DNA of 64,000 nt, taken from contig WBUG01000005.1 of the NCBI GenBank assembly GCA_008933835.1, positions 18,876 to 82,875 on the forward strand, read 5' to 3'. A program made the position numbers and the translations under genes. This document shows positions 1-9,031 of the stretch, piece after piece. Each line of letters opens with the position of its first letter. Within the stretch, counting starts at the first letter, position 1. The DNA comes from Bacteroidota bacterium. GTDB lineage: Bacteria > Bacteroidota > Ignavibacteria > UBA10030 > UBA8401. The notes beneath the pieces are model-generated. The model searched no databases. It saw only the letters and a program-made list of their open reading frames with translations, and was not told where the DNA came from.

Positions 1-23
1 GGAGGAGGAGATGGAATGGCCGG

Positions 24-1139
24 CTAGCGGTCATACCGGCGGAGTTCGTTCAGGGCGCGGACGATGGCGGCGGGAGTCACCGTCCGGGGGAGCGTGACGG
101 AACCGATGCGCCGGGGAAGCACCATCCGGATGGCGCCGGCGGCGGACTTCTTGTCGCTGCGCATCGCGGTGAGGAGCAACCGGTCGTTCATCGCGATCCG
201 GGAGAGCGACGGTAGCGGCACCAGACGCACCGCGTCGATGACGGCGGCAGCGTGCCGCGGGGAGAGCATCCCGGCGTTCCGGGCGATGAACGTCTCGGCG
301 AGCATCCCGTACAGCACCGCTTCACCGTGTTTCAGGCGGGAGTACCCTCCCGCTTTCTCCAGCGCGTGACCGACCGTATGCCCGAAGTTGAGAATGGCGC
401 GGAGACCGGACTCGCGTTCGTCCTTGGAGACGACCTGCGCTTTGAGCTGACAGCTCCGGCGCACCATGGCGGCGAGGACCTCCGGGTCCCGCCGCAGCGC
501 CTGCGGAACGGCGCCGGTGACGAACGAGAAGAACGTCCGGTCCAGAATGACGCCGTACTTCACCACTTCGCCGAGACCGCAGACGAGTTCGCGGCGGGGG
601 AGCGTCGACAGCGTGCCGATGTCCGCGATGACGCACGTCGGCTGATGGAACGCGCCGACGAGGTTCTTCGCCTGCGGCAGATTCACCCCCACCTTCCCCC
701 CTACGGAGCTGTCCACCTGCGCCAGGAGCGTCGTCGGCACCTGCACGAACTCGATGCCGCGCATGTACGTGGCGGCGACGAATCCCGCGAGATCGCCGAT
801 GACCCCGCCGCCGAGCGCGACGACGACGGTGGAGCGCCCGAGCGTCCGTTCGGCCATCTGCGCGTGGATCCACGAAGCGCGGGCGGGGTTCTTCTGCCGT
901 TCGCCGCGCGGGATGACGATGGAGAGGACCGAGAAACCGCTCCGCACCATGCCGGCACGGACCGCGTCGAGACAGAGCGGAGCGACGGCGGTGTCGGTGA
1001 CGATGACGGCGGCACGGCTGCGGCACTGTTCCGCGATGAGCGCCCCGGCGCGGCGCAGCAGGTCCGTGCCGATGTGGATCGGATACGAACGGTCCCCGAG
1101 CGGGACGGTGACGACGGTATGGTCCTTCCGGTCAGTCAA
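24..1139 (-). CDS. aroB: 3-dehydroquinate synthase
   Basis: 371-aa ORF with GGGVIGDLAGFVAATYMRG, VPTTLLAQVDSSVGGKVGVN and HTVGHALE motifs typical of AroB. Apparent TTG start at 1139 overlaps the aroK stop by 8 nt. Confidence 0.9.
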   Translation of the reverse strand: MTDRKDHTVVTVPLGDRSYPIHIGTDLLRRAGALIAEQCRSRAAVIVTDTAVAPLCLDAVRAGMVRSGFSVLSIVIPRGERQKNPARASWIHAQMAERTLGRSTVVVALGGGVIGDLAGFVAATYMRGIEFVQVPTTLLAQVDSSVGGKVGVNLPQAKNLVGAFHQPTCVIADIGTLSTLPRRELVCGLGEVVKYGVILDRTFFSFVTGAVPQALRRDPEVLAAMVRRSCQLKAQVVSKDERESGLRAILNFGHTVGHALEKAGGYSRLKHGEAVLYGMLAETFIARNAGMLSPRHAAAVIDAVRLVPLPSLSRIAMNDRLLLTAMRSDKKSAAGAIRMVLPRRIGSVTLPRTVTPAAIVRALNELRRYDR

Positions 1140-1689
1140 TGTACGGGGCGGTCTTCTTCACGAGTTCGTCGATGGTGTGGCCGATCTTCTTGTCGTCCGT
1201 GGTGACGACGATGTCCGCCTGGTCGTAGAACGGCGTGCGGGCGTCCAGCAGCGCGGTGATCTTCGCCATCAGGTCCGCGCCGTCCAGCAGCTCCCCCCGG
1301 TCGTTGCGGAGCATCGGGCGGTCGCTCTTCGTGCGGAGGCGCTGGTAGATGTGCTCCACGTCGGAGCGGAGGTAGATGAGCAGTCCGCTCTTCTTCACGA
1401 GCTGCAGCGTCTCGTCGTTGGTCACCGTGCCGCCGCCGAGCGAGACCACCGTGCCGGCGGAGGCGAGCTGTTCCCGCAGCGTCTCGCGCTCGATGGCGCG
1501 GAAGCGGGCCTCCCCCTCGACCGCAAAGATGTCGCCGATGCGCTTCCCCTCCTTCCGTTCGATGACCTGGTCGAGGTCCGCGAAGCGGAAACCGATGGTG
1601 TTCGCGAAGATGGGGCCGATGGTGCTCTTGCCGCTCCCCATGAACCCGGTCAGAAAGATGATGGAACGTTTTTCGTGTCGTGTCTTCAC
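1132..1689 (-). CDS. aroK: shikimate kinase
   Basis: 185-aa ORF with Walker A GFMGSGKST followed by FADLD. Apparent GTG start. Operonic with aroB. Confidence 0.9.
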   Translation of the reverse strand: MKTRHEKRSIIFLTGFMGSGKSTIGPIFANTIGFRFADLDQVIERKEGKRIGDIFAVEGEARFRAIERETLREQLASAGTVVSLGGGTVTNDETLQLVKKSGLLIYLRSDVEHIYQRLRTKSDRPMLRNDRGELLDGADLMAKITALLDARTPFYDQADIVVTTDDKKIGHTIDELVKKTAPYID

Positions 1690-1700
1690 GGTCGTCCGGA

Positions 1701-1730
1701 AATAAAAATCCCGCCGCTGCGGGCGGCGGG
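1701..1730 (-). terminator. intrinsic terminator after ppiD
   Basis: Minus strand reads CCCGCCGC-CCGCA-GCGGCGGG followed by ATTTTTATTT. Stem arms are at 1710-1717 and 1723-1730. Confidence 0.6.
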
Positions 1731-1788
1731 ACGGTCAACAGGACGCCCGCCGCAACGGGACCGCGGCCGGCGTCTCAGCGCTGCGCGG

Positions 1789-3879
1789 TCAGCGGAAGAA
1801 GGTGTCGCGGTTGTCCTCGATGTCGGCCGATTCCTTCAGCCGCTCGAACCACTGGTTCAGCACCTGCTGTTTCTTCTCCTGCATCACCTGCGCCGCCAGC
1901 ATGCTCTTCTGCGCCGCGTAGGCGGCGGTGTCCACCGCCGTGCGGTTCAGGATGCGGACGATGTACCATCCGCGCTGCCCCTCGATGGGACCGAGGTTCC
2001 GGCCCACCGCGCCGCGTTTCACGGCGCCGATGACGGAGAACTCACGGCCGAGTGTCGGGACGAATCCGCCGACGGAGAACTCACCGGTGTTCCGCACCGC
2101 CACTTTCGGGTCCGATGCGAGCGACGCGATGTCGCCGTTCTCCCCGACGGAGGCGTACTTCTCCTGCGCGACGGCCTTCGCCTGCGCCATCTTCTTCTTG
2201 CGCAGCACGCGCGGACGGAGCGACTCCTTCACGTCGTCGAAGGGGCGCACCCCCTCCTTCTTGCTCTCGACGAGCTTCACCACCGCGTAGCCGTTGGCGG
2301 CCTGGTAGGCGTCGCTGATGTCGCCGACGTCGCTCCGGAAGGCGAACTTGTTGATGGGCTCGAACAGACCGATGCCGGGGACCATCGCCCCCTTCTGGAA
2401 GTCCGGCGTCTCCTGCACGTTCAGACCGAGCGACTGCGCCTCCTGTTCGAAGCTCCCCTTCCGGGCCACGTACGCGAAATCCTGCGCGCGCTGGAACGCT
2501 TCGTCCTTGGTACGGGCGCTCGCCTTCAGCGGGACGCTGACGGCGGCCACTTTGAGTTCACGGTTGTCGCGGGCGTCGACCTTCACCACATGGACGCCGA
2601 ACTGCGTCTTCACGGGACCGAGCACCTGGCCCGGACGCCCCGCGAACGCAGCATCTTCGAACGGCTTCACCATGCGTCCCTTGCCGAACCAACCGAGCTC
2701 GCCGCCGCTGACGGAGGCGCCGGGTTCGGTGGAGTACTGGCGGGCGAGCGCGGAGAAGTCCTCGCCCCGCTTCGCGCGGGCGATGAGCTCGTTCGCCAGG
2801 GTCATCGCGCTCTTCTCCTGTTCGGGCGTCGCGGCGTTCAGCAGGATGTGCCGTGCCTTCACGAACGTCTCGTTCCCCTTGCGCTCCTCCAGCACTTTGA
2901 AGAGATGGAACCCTTCATTGTCGCTCACGGGGCCGACCAGTTCTCCGACCTTCGCGGAGAAGAGGGCGTCCTCCTTCTCCGGGGTCAGCTCGCCGTGCTT
3001 GAAGAAGGCGGGCGCCGGAGAGGTCTCGGCGTAGTTCTGCTGCAGTTCGGTGAAGTCGATGCCGGACTTCGCCTGGTTCAGGATGGCTTTGAGCTGCTCC
3101 TGCACGTCCTGCGAATCGCGCGCGGAGGGCTGGTCCGAGAAGAGGACGTACTTCAGTTTCCGGCTCGCCGGCATCTTGAACTCGTCGGCGCTCTCGGCGT
3201 ACTCGCGGCGCAGGTCCTCGTCCGTCACGCTCACCTGCTCGTCGGTCACGAACGCGTTCGGATCGATCACCGCGTACTGCAGGTCGGCCTTCACGTTCTG
3301 GTCCACGAACCGGTCCAGCATCTCCCCTTCGGTCACCCGGAGCGAGGAGAACACGATGCTCTGCACCTTCTCCGCCAGCCGCTGCTGCCGCAGGGCGGTC
3401 TCGACCTGGATCCAGATATCCTTGTTCCGCGGGTCGTTCAGGGCGGACTCGTACGCGTCGCGCCGGAACTGTCCGGTGGAATCGCGGAACTGCTGCACGA
3501 GGAACTCCGGCGGATTCTCACCGCGCACCCAGTCGATGATCTCCTGGTCGGTCACGGTCACGTCCATCCGTTTCGTCTCGCGGTCCAGCAGCGCCTGCGT
3601 CACCAGACTGTTCCACACCTGGTCGCGGATCTGCCGCATGAGCTGTTCGTCGGGGTCCTGCTTGGTCTGCTGCTTGTACTGCTCCGCCTGCTGGCGGACC
3701 AGATCGGAGAACTCCTGGTACGAGACCTTCCGTCCTTCGATGATGCCGACCGTGTCGCTGACGCGGGACATGCCGAGGTAGTCCATACCCCATTCGAACA
3801 CGATGGTGATGATGAACACGACCACCAATCCGATGAGGATCACGGGCATGTTATCGCGCATTTTCGTCATGATAGCCAT
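1789..3879 (-). CDS. ppiD: membrane-anchored periplasmic chaperone / parvulin-type PPIase (PpiD-like)
   Basis: 696 aa. N-terminal anchor MPVILIGLVVVFIITIVF, then a long SurA-N-like helical region. Parvulin domain ARHILL...GGELGWFGKGRMVKPFEDAAF...FGVHVVKV. Confidence 0.85.
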   Translation of the reverse strand: MAIMTKMRDNMPVILIGLVVVFIITIVFEWGMDYLGMSRVSDTVGIIEGRKVSYQEFSDLVRQQAEQYKQQTKQDPDEQLMRQIRDQVWNSLVTQALLDRETKRMDVTVTDQEIIDWVRGENPPEFLVQQFRDSTGQFRRDAYESALNDPRNKDIWIQVETALRQQRLAEKVQSIVFSSLRVTEGEMLDRFVDQNVKADLQYAVIDPNAFVTDEQVSVTDEDLRREYAESADEFKMPASRKLKYVLFSDQPSARDSQDVQEQLKAILNQAKSGIDFTELQQNYAETSPAPAFFKHGELTPEKEDALFSAKVGELVGPVSDNEGFHLFKVLEERKGNETFVKARHILLNAATPEQEKSAMTLANELIARAKRGEDFSALARQYSTEPGASVSGGELGWFGKGRMVKPFEDAAFAGRPGQVLGPVKTQFGVHVVKVDARDNRELKVAAVSVPLKASARTKDEAFQRAQDFAYVARKGSFEQEAQSLGLNVQETPDFQKGAMVPGIGLFEPINKFAFRSDVGDISDAYQAANGYAVVKLVESKKEGVRPFDDVKESLRPRVLRKKKMAQAKAVAQEKYASVGENGDIASLASDPKVAVRNTGEFSVGGFVPTLGREFSVIGAVKRGAVGRNLGPIEGQRGWYIVRILNRTAVDTAAYAAQKSMLAAQVMQEKKQQVLNQWFERLKESADIEDNRDTFFR

Positions 3880-3969
3880 ACGGCGTTACGGCTCCTTATT
3901 GCGGATGATTGTGATAAGTAACGGTTCTGTAAGGGTTTATAAACTATAAGATAAACGAAATGAGCGTGA

Positions 3970-4008
3970 AAAACAACGAAGGAGGAGCGAAAAATCGCCG
4001 GATTTCGC
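3970..4008 (-). terminator. weak hairpin plus T-rich tail after uvrC
   Basis: Minus strand reads GCGAAA-TCCGGCGAT-TTTCGC followed by TCCTCCTTCGTTGTTTTTC. The stem is short, so this is tentative. Confidence 0.35.
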
Positions 4009-4017
4009 CAAATGACC

Positions 4018-5898
4018 TTACGAGGGTTCGGACGCGGGATCGTCCAATTGGAAGTATTCCTGTATCTTCTGTGCGGTTTTCTCCCCCACCACCTCGGTCA
4101 GCTGCTCGATGGTGGCGAATTTCACCCCCTGGACGGAACCGAACGCCTCAAGCAGCTCCTTGCTCCGTTTCTTGCCGACGCCGGCGATAAGGTCCAGTTC
4201 GGTCTGCAGCGTCCTTTTATCCCGGAGCGACCGGTGGAAGGTGACGGCGAAGCGGTGGGCCTCATCGCGCACTTGCTGCAGCAGCCGGAGCGCCGCGGAA
4301 CTCTTCGGGATGGGGACCGGCTCCGCGTCGCCGGGGACGAAGACCTCCTCCAGGCGTTTGGCGAGACTGATGACCGGGTGACCGGTGATGCCGATGGCGG
4401 CGAGCGCCTCCACGGCGGACGACAACTGCCCCTTCCCGCCGTCGATCATGATGAGGTCCGGCATCTCCAGCGCCTCCTGCTGCACGCGGGTGTACCGCCG
4501 CGTCACCACTTCGCGCATGCTGGCGAAGTCGTCCACCTCCGCCGGCGCCACGCTCCGGATCTTGAACTTCCGGTACTCGCTCTTCTTCGGTTTCCCGTCC
4601 TCGAACACCACCATGGAGGCGACGGTCTCGGTCCCCTGGAAGTGCGAGATGTCGAAGCACTCGATGCGCCGGGGGGCCTTCGGGAGCCGCAGGTCGCGCT
4701 GCAGGGAGCGGACGGCGGCGGGCACGAAGTCCTTCTGCTTGAGCTTCTGCAGCTTCAGTTCGTCCAGCAGGAACTTCGCGTTCCGCTTGCACATGTCGAG
4801 CAGCGTGGAGAGGTCGCCACCTTCGGGCATGCGGAACGAGACGCCGCCGCTCCGCCGGAGCGAGAGCCACTGCTCGATGACGGTCCGCGATTCGATGTCG
4901 AACGACAGGACCACCTCCTTCGGCACGTCGACCGCCTCCAGGTAGTAGCGCTGCACGAGGGTCTCGAGCACCTCGGGGTCCGTCCGGCTTTCGACGCCGT
5001 TCATGTAGTAGTGCTGCCGGCCGATGACCTTCCCCTCCCGGATCTTGAAGATGACGCCGCAGGCGTCGTCGTCCTCCGTCGCCACCGCCACGATGTCGCG
5101 GTCGCGGAACTCGTTGTCCACCACCTTCTGCCGCGCGGAGTAGACCTCCAGCTCGCGGATGCGGTCGCGGTAGTACGCGGCGTCCTCGAACCGCATCGCG
5201 CCGGCCGCCTCCCGCATCTGTCCCTCCAGATGGGACCGCACCCCGGCGATGCGTCCGTTGAGCACCTGCGCCACCTGGCCGATCATGTCGTTGTACCGTT
5301 CCTGCGACACGAGACCCTCGCACGGTCCCTCGCACTTCTTGATGTGGTAGTCGAGGCAGACGCGCGTCCTCTTCTTCGCGATGAACTCGTCGTCGATGAA
5401 GAAGTTGCAGCTCCGGATCATGAAGAGGTCGCGCACGGTCTTCAGCGCGGCGCGGAGCGTGACCACGTCCGTGTACGGCCCGAACAGGTGCACCTCTTTC
5501 CGGTTGAAGCGCCGGGTGACGAACACGCGCGGGTACGGCTCCTTCGTGATGACGATGTACGGGTACGACTTGTCGTCCTTCAGGTTGACGTTGTAGCGCG
5601 GCTTGTGCAGCTTGATGAGGTTCGCCTCGAGGATGAGCGCCTCCACCTCGGAGTCGGTGGTGATGATCTCCAGGTCCGAGATCTTCGCCACCATGGCGGC
5701 GATGCGCGGCTCGTGGCTGCGGGAGGAGTGGAAGTACTGCCGGACGCGGTTCCGGAGGTTCACCGCCTTCCCGACGTAGAGGATGGTCCCTTCGCGGTTC
5801 TTGAACTGGTACACGCCGGGCGAGACCGGCAGGTGGTCCAGCTTGTCCTGCAGGTCGAACGTGCCGACGAACGATATCTGGATGGGCTGCTGTTCCAT
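4018..5898 (-). CDS. uvrC: excinuclease ABC subunit C
   Basis: 626 aa. GIY-YIG motif GVYQFKNREGTILYVGKAVNLRNRVRQYF, a UVR domain, and a C-terminal helix-hairpin-helix region. Confidence 0.95.
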   Translation of the reverse strand: MEQQPIQISFVGTFDLQDKLDHLPVSPGVYQFKNREGTILYVGKAVNLRNRVRQYFHSSRSHEPRIAAMVAKISDLEIITTDSEVEALILEANLIKLHKPRYNVNLKDDKSYPYIVITKEPYPRVFVTRRFNRKEVHLFGPYTDVVTLRAALKTVRDLFMIRSCNFFIDDEFIAKKRTRVCLDYHIKKCEGPCEGLVSQERYNDMIGQVAQVLNGRIAGVRSHLEGQMREAAGAMRFEDAAYYRDRIRELEVYSARQKVVDNEFRDRDIVAVATEDDDACGVIFKIREGKVIGRQHYYMNGVESRTDPEVLETLVQRYYLEAVDVPKEVVLSFDIESRTVIEQWLSLRRSGGVSFRMPEGGDLSTLLDMCKRNAKFLLDELKLQKLKQKDFVPAAVRSLQRDLRLPKAPRRIECFDISHFQGTETVASMVVFEDGKPKKSEYRKFKIRSVAPAEVDDFASMREVVTRRYTRVQQEALEMPDLIMIDGGKGQLSSAVEALAAIGITGHPVISLAKRLEEVFVPGDAEPVPIPKSSAALRLLQQVRDEAHRFAVTFHRSLRDKRTLQTELDLIAGVGKKRSKELLEAFGSVQGVKFATIEQLTEVVGEKTAQKIQEYFQLDDPASEPS

Positions 5899-5904
5899 GG
5901 AGGT

Positions 5905-6324
5905 TCAGGGGACCGCGGCTCCGGACATCGGTTCGCACAGCTCCACCAGCACGCCGTTGGTGGAGGAGGGATGGAGGAACGCCACACGCATGCCGTGGCC
6001 CCCGTCCCCCGGAACGTCGTTCACGAAGACGAAACCGAGTCCCTTCAGGCGCGCGATCTCCCCGTCGATGTCCGACACTTCCAGACAGATGTGATGGATC
6101 CCTTCCCCCCGCTTGGCGATGAACTTCGCGATGGCGGAGTCCGGCGCGGTGGACTCGATGAGCTCGACGGAGCTTCCGCCGACCGGGAAGAAGGCGATGT
6201 CCGCCCGCTGCTCCTCCACGTGCTCCGTATGCGCCGGAGGAGCGCCGAACAGCCGCGCGAAGAGGTCCGCCGAGGTGCCGAGGGACCGGACCGCCACGCC
6301 GATATGATTGATGCGATGGATCAT
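5905..6324 (-). CDS. mce: methylmalonyl-CoA epimerase (VOC/glyoxalase fold)
   Basis: 139 aa. Contains INHIGVAV, GEGIHHICLEV and GVLVELCE, the pattern of the MCE subfamily of VOC proteins. Confidence 0.75.
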   Translation of the reverse strand: MIHRINHIGVAVRSLGTSADLFARLFGAPPAHTEHVEEQRADIAFFPVGGSSVELIESTAPDSAIAKFIAKRGEGIHHICLEVSDIDGEIARLKGLGFVFVNDVPGDGGHGMRVAFLHPSSTNGVLVELCEPMSGAAVP

Positions 6325-6335
6325 GAATGCTCCCG

Positions 6336-7055
6336 TTACATGAGTCCCCGTTCCATGAGACTGGTGTACGAATCTCCGGCGATGATGATATGGTCATGCA
6401 CCGGGATGCCGATGATCCTCCCCGCCTCGGACAGCTGACGGGTGATCTGGATGTCCTCGCGGCTCGGCTCCATGTTGCCGCTCGGGTGGTTGTGGACCAG
6501 GATGACGCTCGCGGCGTTCTCCAGGATCGCCTCGCGGAACACCTCGCGCGCGTGCGTCAGCGACGAGTTGAGCAGGCCTTTGGTCACCGTCCGCTGCCGG
6601 GTGATGCGGTTGCTGCTGCTGAGACAGAGCACACGGAACTCCTCCTGCTTCAGGTCGCGCATCTCCGGTCCGCACACCGCCGCCACGTCCTCGGGCGAGC
6701 GCACGGTCATGGATCCCGCGCCGGCGCTCCGCTGCACGCGCCGGGCGAGCTCGAACGCCGCCGCGAGCACCGTTCCCTTCACCGCGCCGATCCCCTTGAA
6801 CTTCCGCTGCTTGAAGTCGGCGACGGTGAGCGCGGAGAGGGTGCGCAGCGTCCCGTACTCCCGCAACAGCTCCCGCGCCAGGTCGACCGCCGTCCGGCGG
6901 CCGCTCCCGGTGCCGAGGAGGATGGCGAGGAGTTCCGCGTCGGAGAGGGAGGGTGCGCCGTTGTTCACCAGCTTCTCGCGCGGACGTTCGTCCTCCGGCC
7001 ATTCCCGGATGGGGGAAGAGTCGGCGGGCGTCTCCGGCAGAGAGCGGTTCGCCAC
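6336..7055 (-). CDS. radC: RadC-family JAB/MPN-domain protein
   Basis: C-terminal 239 codons of the 6336-8702 open frame. LSDAELLAILLGTGSG and HhH-like N-terminal region, with an intact JAMM motif HNHPSGNMEPSRED. GTG at 7055 shares one nt with the upstream TAG. No upstream ATG gives a sensible N-terminus. Confidence 0.8.
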   Translation of the reverse strand: MANRSLPETPADSSPIREWPEDERPREKLVNNGAPSLSDAELLAILLGTGSGRRTAVDLARELLREYGTLRTLSALTVADFKQRKFKGIGAVKGTVLAAAFELARRVQRSAGAGSMTVRSPEDVAAVCGPEMRDLKQEEFRVLCLSSSNRITRQRTVTKGLLNSSLTHAREVFREAILENAASVILVHNHPSGNMEPSREDIQITRQLSEAGRIIGIPVHDHIIIAGDSYTSLMERGLM

Positions 7056-9031
7056 TACGGTTGGTAGGTGTACGTCTGCAATTTGGTGATGGAGCCGTTC
7101 TTGAACTGCAGGATGTGCAGGTCGCTGTTCACGCGGCGGTAGCGGAGCGTGATGCTGTTGCGCACGCCGGGGAACCGCACCGTTTCGGACAGGGCCGACG
7201 CCACCTGTTCCCGCGTGAGGGCGCCGTCGTTGAGCACATGGATGAGGAGCGACATCACGTCGTACCCGAAGAGCGCGTCGTCCGGCATGGGTCGGTTGAA
7301 CCGCTGCGAGAAGCGCGCCGCGAGCGCGGCCGCCCGTTCGTCCCGCTCCACCCACCGCTCGCTGCCGAAGATGACCCCGTCCGCGTAGCGGCGGTTCAGG
7401 TCGAGCTCGTGGATGTTGTTCCACTCGCTCGTGCCGAGGACGACGGTGCGGATGTTGTAGTACGCGATCTGCGACGCCACCACGCCGATCTGCTGCGCGG
7501 AGGCGATGGGACTGAACACCACGTCCACCGCCGCCACGGGCATGGTGAGACTGTCGGTGTGGACCACAGTGCGGCGGAACGGGAGTCCGAGCGATTCGGC
7601 CAGTTCCTTCGCTCGCGGTCCGAGGAACGCGGTGATGTTCACGGCGGCGCCCCGTGCGATGACCGAATCGGTGAACGAGGGGGTGAAACCGGCGGCGGCC
7701 ATCCGTTCCGCAATGTGCGCACGGTTCATCTTTCCCTTGAACGAGACCACATACTCCGCCGCGATCTGCGCCGCCGCGGTGCGGAGGGCACGGAAGCGTC
7801 CCCGCAGATCCGATTCGCCCCGCTGGTACCGCTGGTCGAACACGACCTCGCCGCCCAGCCGGACCACTTCGGCGGCGAAGGAATCGGCCTGCACTGTGGC
7901 GAAGGGGACGTCCGACGCGATGATGGCGAACCGTTCCGCGCCGAGCACCTTCACGGCGTACTGCGCCAGCACCTTTCCCCGTACGCTGCTGGTGGAGTTC
8001 GCCTGGAAGACCGCGGGACCCGCCATCGCGACGCTGTCGTCCGTGGCGGTGGGCGAGATGAGCGGGAGACCGGCGGCCGCCGCGGCGGATGCGGCGGCCA
8101 TCGTTTCGTCGCTGAACACCGGGCCGATGACCGCCACGGATGTTCCCGACTGCGCGATGCTGTCCACGACCGCACGGGCGCGGCGCGGGTCGCGGCCGGT
8201 GTCGAACTCTTCGATCCCCACGGAGACCTCCCCCGCCTCCTGCCCTTCTTCGTACTCCTGCAGGGCGATGCGGACGCCGTCCAGAATGTCCGCCGCCACC
8301 TTCCGTTCCCGCGTCTCCGCCGCGGAGCCGTTCATCAGCGGCAGCAGCACGGCGACGGTGATGCGGTTCCCCCGCTCCACCCGGGCGCGCAGACGGCGCA
8401 GACGCTGATGCAGCGCCGGTTCCGTCACCAGCGGTTCCACCGCGTCCAGAACGGTACGGGCCGCGTCGGCGTCCCCCGCGGAGTAGAGCCGTTCGGCGGC
8501 GATGATGCGGAGCAGGTGGCGCACGGTGTCGTTGGCGGAGACGGCGGCGAGGGAATCGACCTCCGCCGTCGTGAGGAACTCCTCCGCGATGTGTTCGAGC
8601 GCTTTGTATGAATGTTCGCGGTTCAGGCGCTGCGCGGCGGTGGCGAGCACGTGCTCCATCGCTCCGAACGCCGCGGCGTACCGTCCGGAGTTGTAGTCGC
8701 ACATGCCGCGGGTGAACCGCGCATCCTCGAGGTACTCGCTGTCCGGATACCGCAGGAGCAGCGTGTCACACCAGGCGGAGGCCGGGCCGAACTCCTTCAT
8801 CGCGAAGTGCGTCTTGGCCGTCATGATGACCGCGGCGGTGGTGCGGTGGTTGAGCGGATAGATGTCCAGGGACGCCTGGAAGGAACGGAGCGCGGTCGCG
8901 TACTCCCGCGCGGCGTACTGGCGCATGCCGAGCAGGAAGTACTCCTCCGCCGGGCGGACGTACGTCACGAAGGTCTCCTGCGCGGCGAGCGTGCTCCAGA
9001 GCGCCGCAAGCGCGGTCAGCAGCCTCTTCAT
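7055..9031 (-). CDS. secreted TPR-repeat + type I periplasmic-binding-fold (LivK-like) protein
   Basis: Start trimmed to ATG 9031, giving signal peptide [17 protein letters not shown]|QE. The N-terminal roughly 230 aa are TPR-like. The remainder resembles Leu/Ile/Val-binding proteins (ITVAVLLPL...VAVIGPVFS). ATGA overlap with the upstream gene. Confidence 0.7.
   Translation of the reverse strand: MKRLLTALAALWSTLAAQETFVTYVRPAEEYFLLGMRQYAAREYATALRSFQASLDIYPLNHRTTAAVIMTAKTHFAMKEFGPASAWCDTLLLRYPDSEYLEDARFTRGMCDYNSGRYAAAFGAMEHVLATAAQRLNREHSYKALEHIAEEFLTTAEVDSLAAVSANDTVRHLLRIIAAERLYSAGDADAARTVLDAVEPLVTEPALHQRLRRLRARVERGNRITVAVLLPLMNGSAAETRERKVAADILDGVRIALQEYEEGQEAGEVSVGIEEFDTGRDPRRARAVVDSIAQSGTSVAVIGPVFSDETMAAASAAAAAGLPLISPTATDDSVAMAGPAVFQANSTSSVRGKVLAQYAVKVLGAERFAIIASDVPFATVQADSFAAEVVRLGGEVVFDQRYQRGESDLRGRFRALRTAAAQIAAEYVVSFKGKMNRAHIAERMAAAGFTPSFTDSVIARGAAVNITAFLGPRAKELAESLGLPFRRTVVHTDSLTMPVAAVDVVFSPIASAQQIGVVASQIAYYNIRTVVLGTSEWNNIHELDLNRRYADGVIFGSERWVERDERAAALAARFSQRFNRPMPDDALFGYDVMSLLIHVLNDGALTREQVASALSETVRFPGVRNSITLRYRRVNSDLHILQFKNGSITKLQTYTYQP

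Noticed and set aside
754-3921. 1055-aa plus-strand ORF, and similar very long ORFs in the track (4012-6438 +, 4262-6397 -, 6953-8611 +, 9067-11514 +, 10770-12614 +, 12774-14663 +, 13006-15333 -, 26376-27806 -, 36381-38105 +, 38997-40646 +, 43398-45665 +, 50850-52331 +, and others).
   Set aside because: They lie antisense or out of frame to genes with clear family motifs. Their translations are Arg/Gly/Pro/His/Asp-rich low-complexity strings with no recognisable motifs. Open frames of this kind are expected in high-G+C DNA.
6336-8702. 788-aa continuous frame that would fuse radC to a long Arg/Gly-rich N-terminal extension.
   Set aside because: Only the last 239 codons look like a protein (RadC). 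The upstream part overlaps the well-supported TPR/PBP gene in another frame. A GTG at 7055 abuts that gene's stop.
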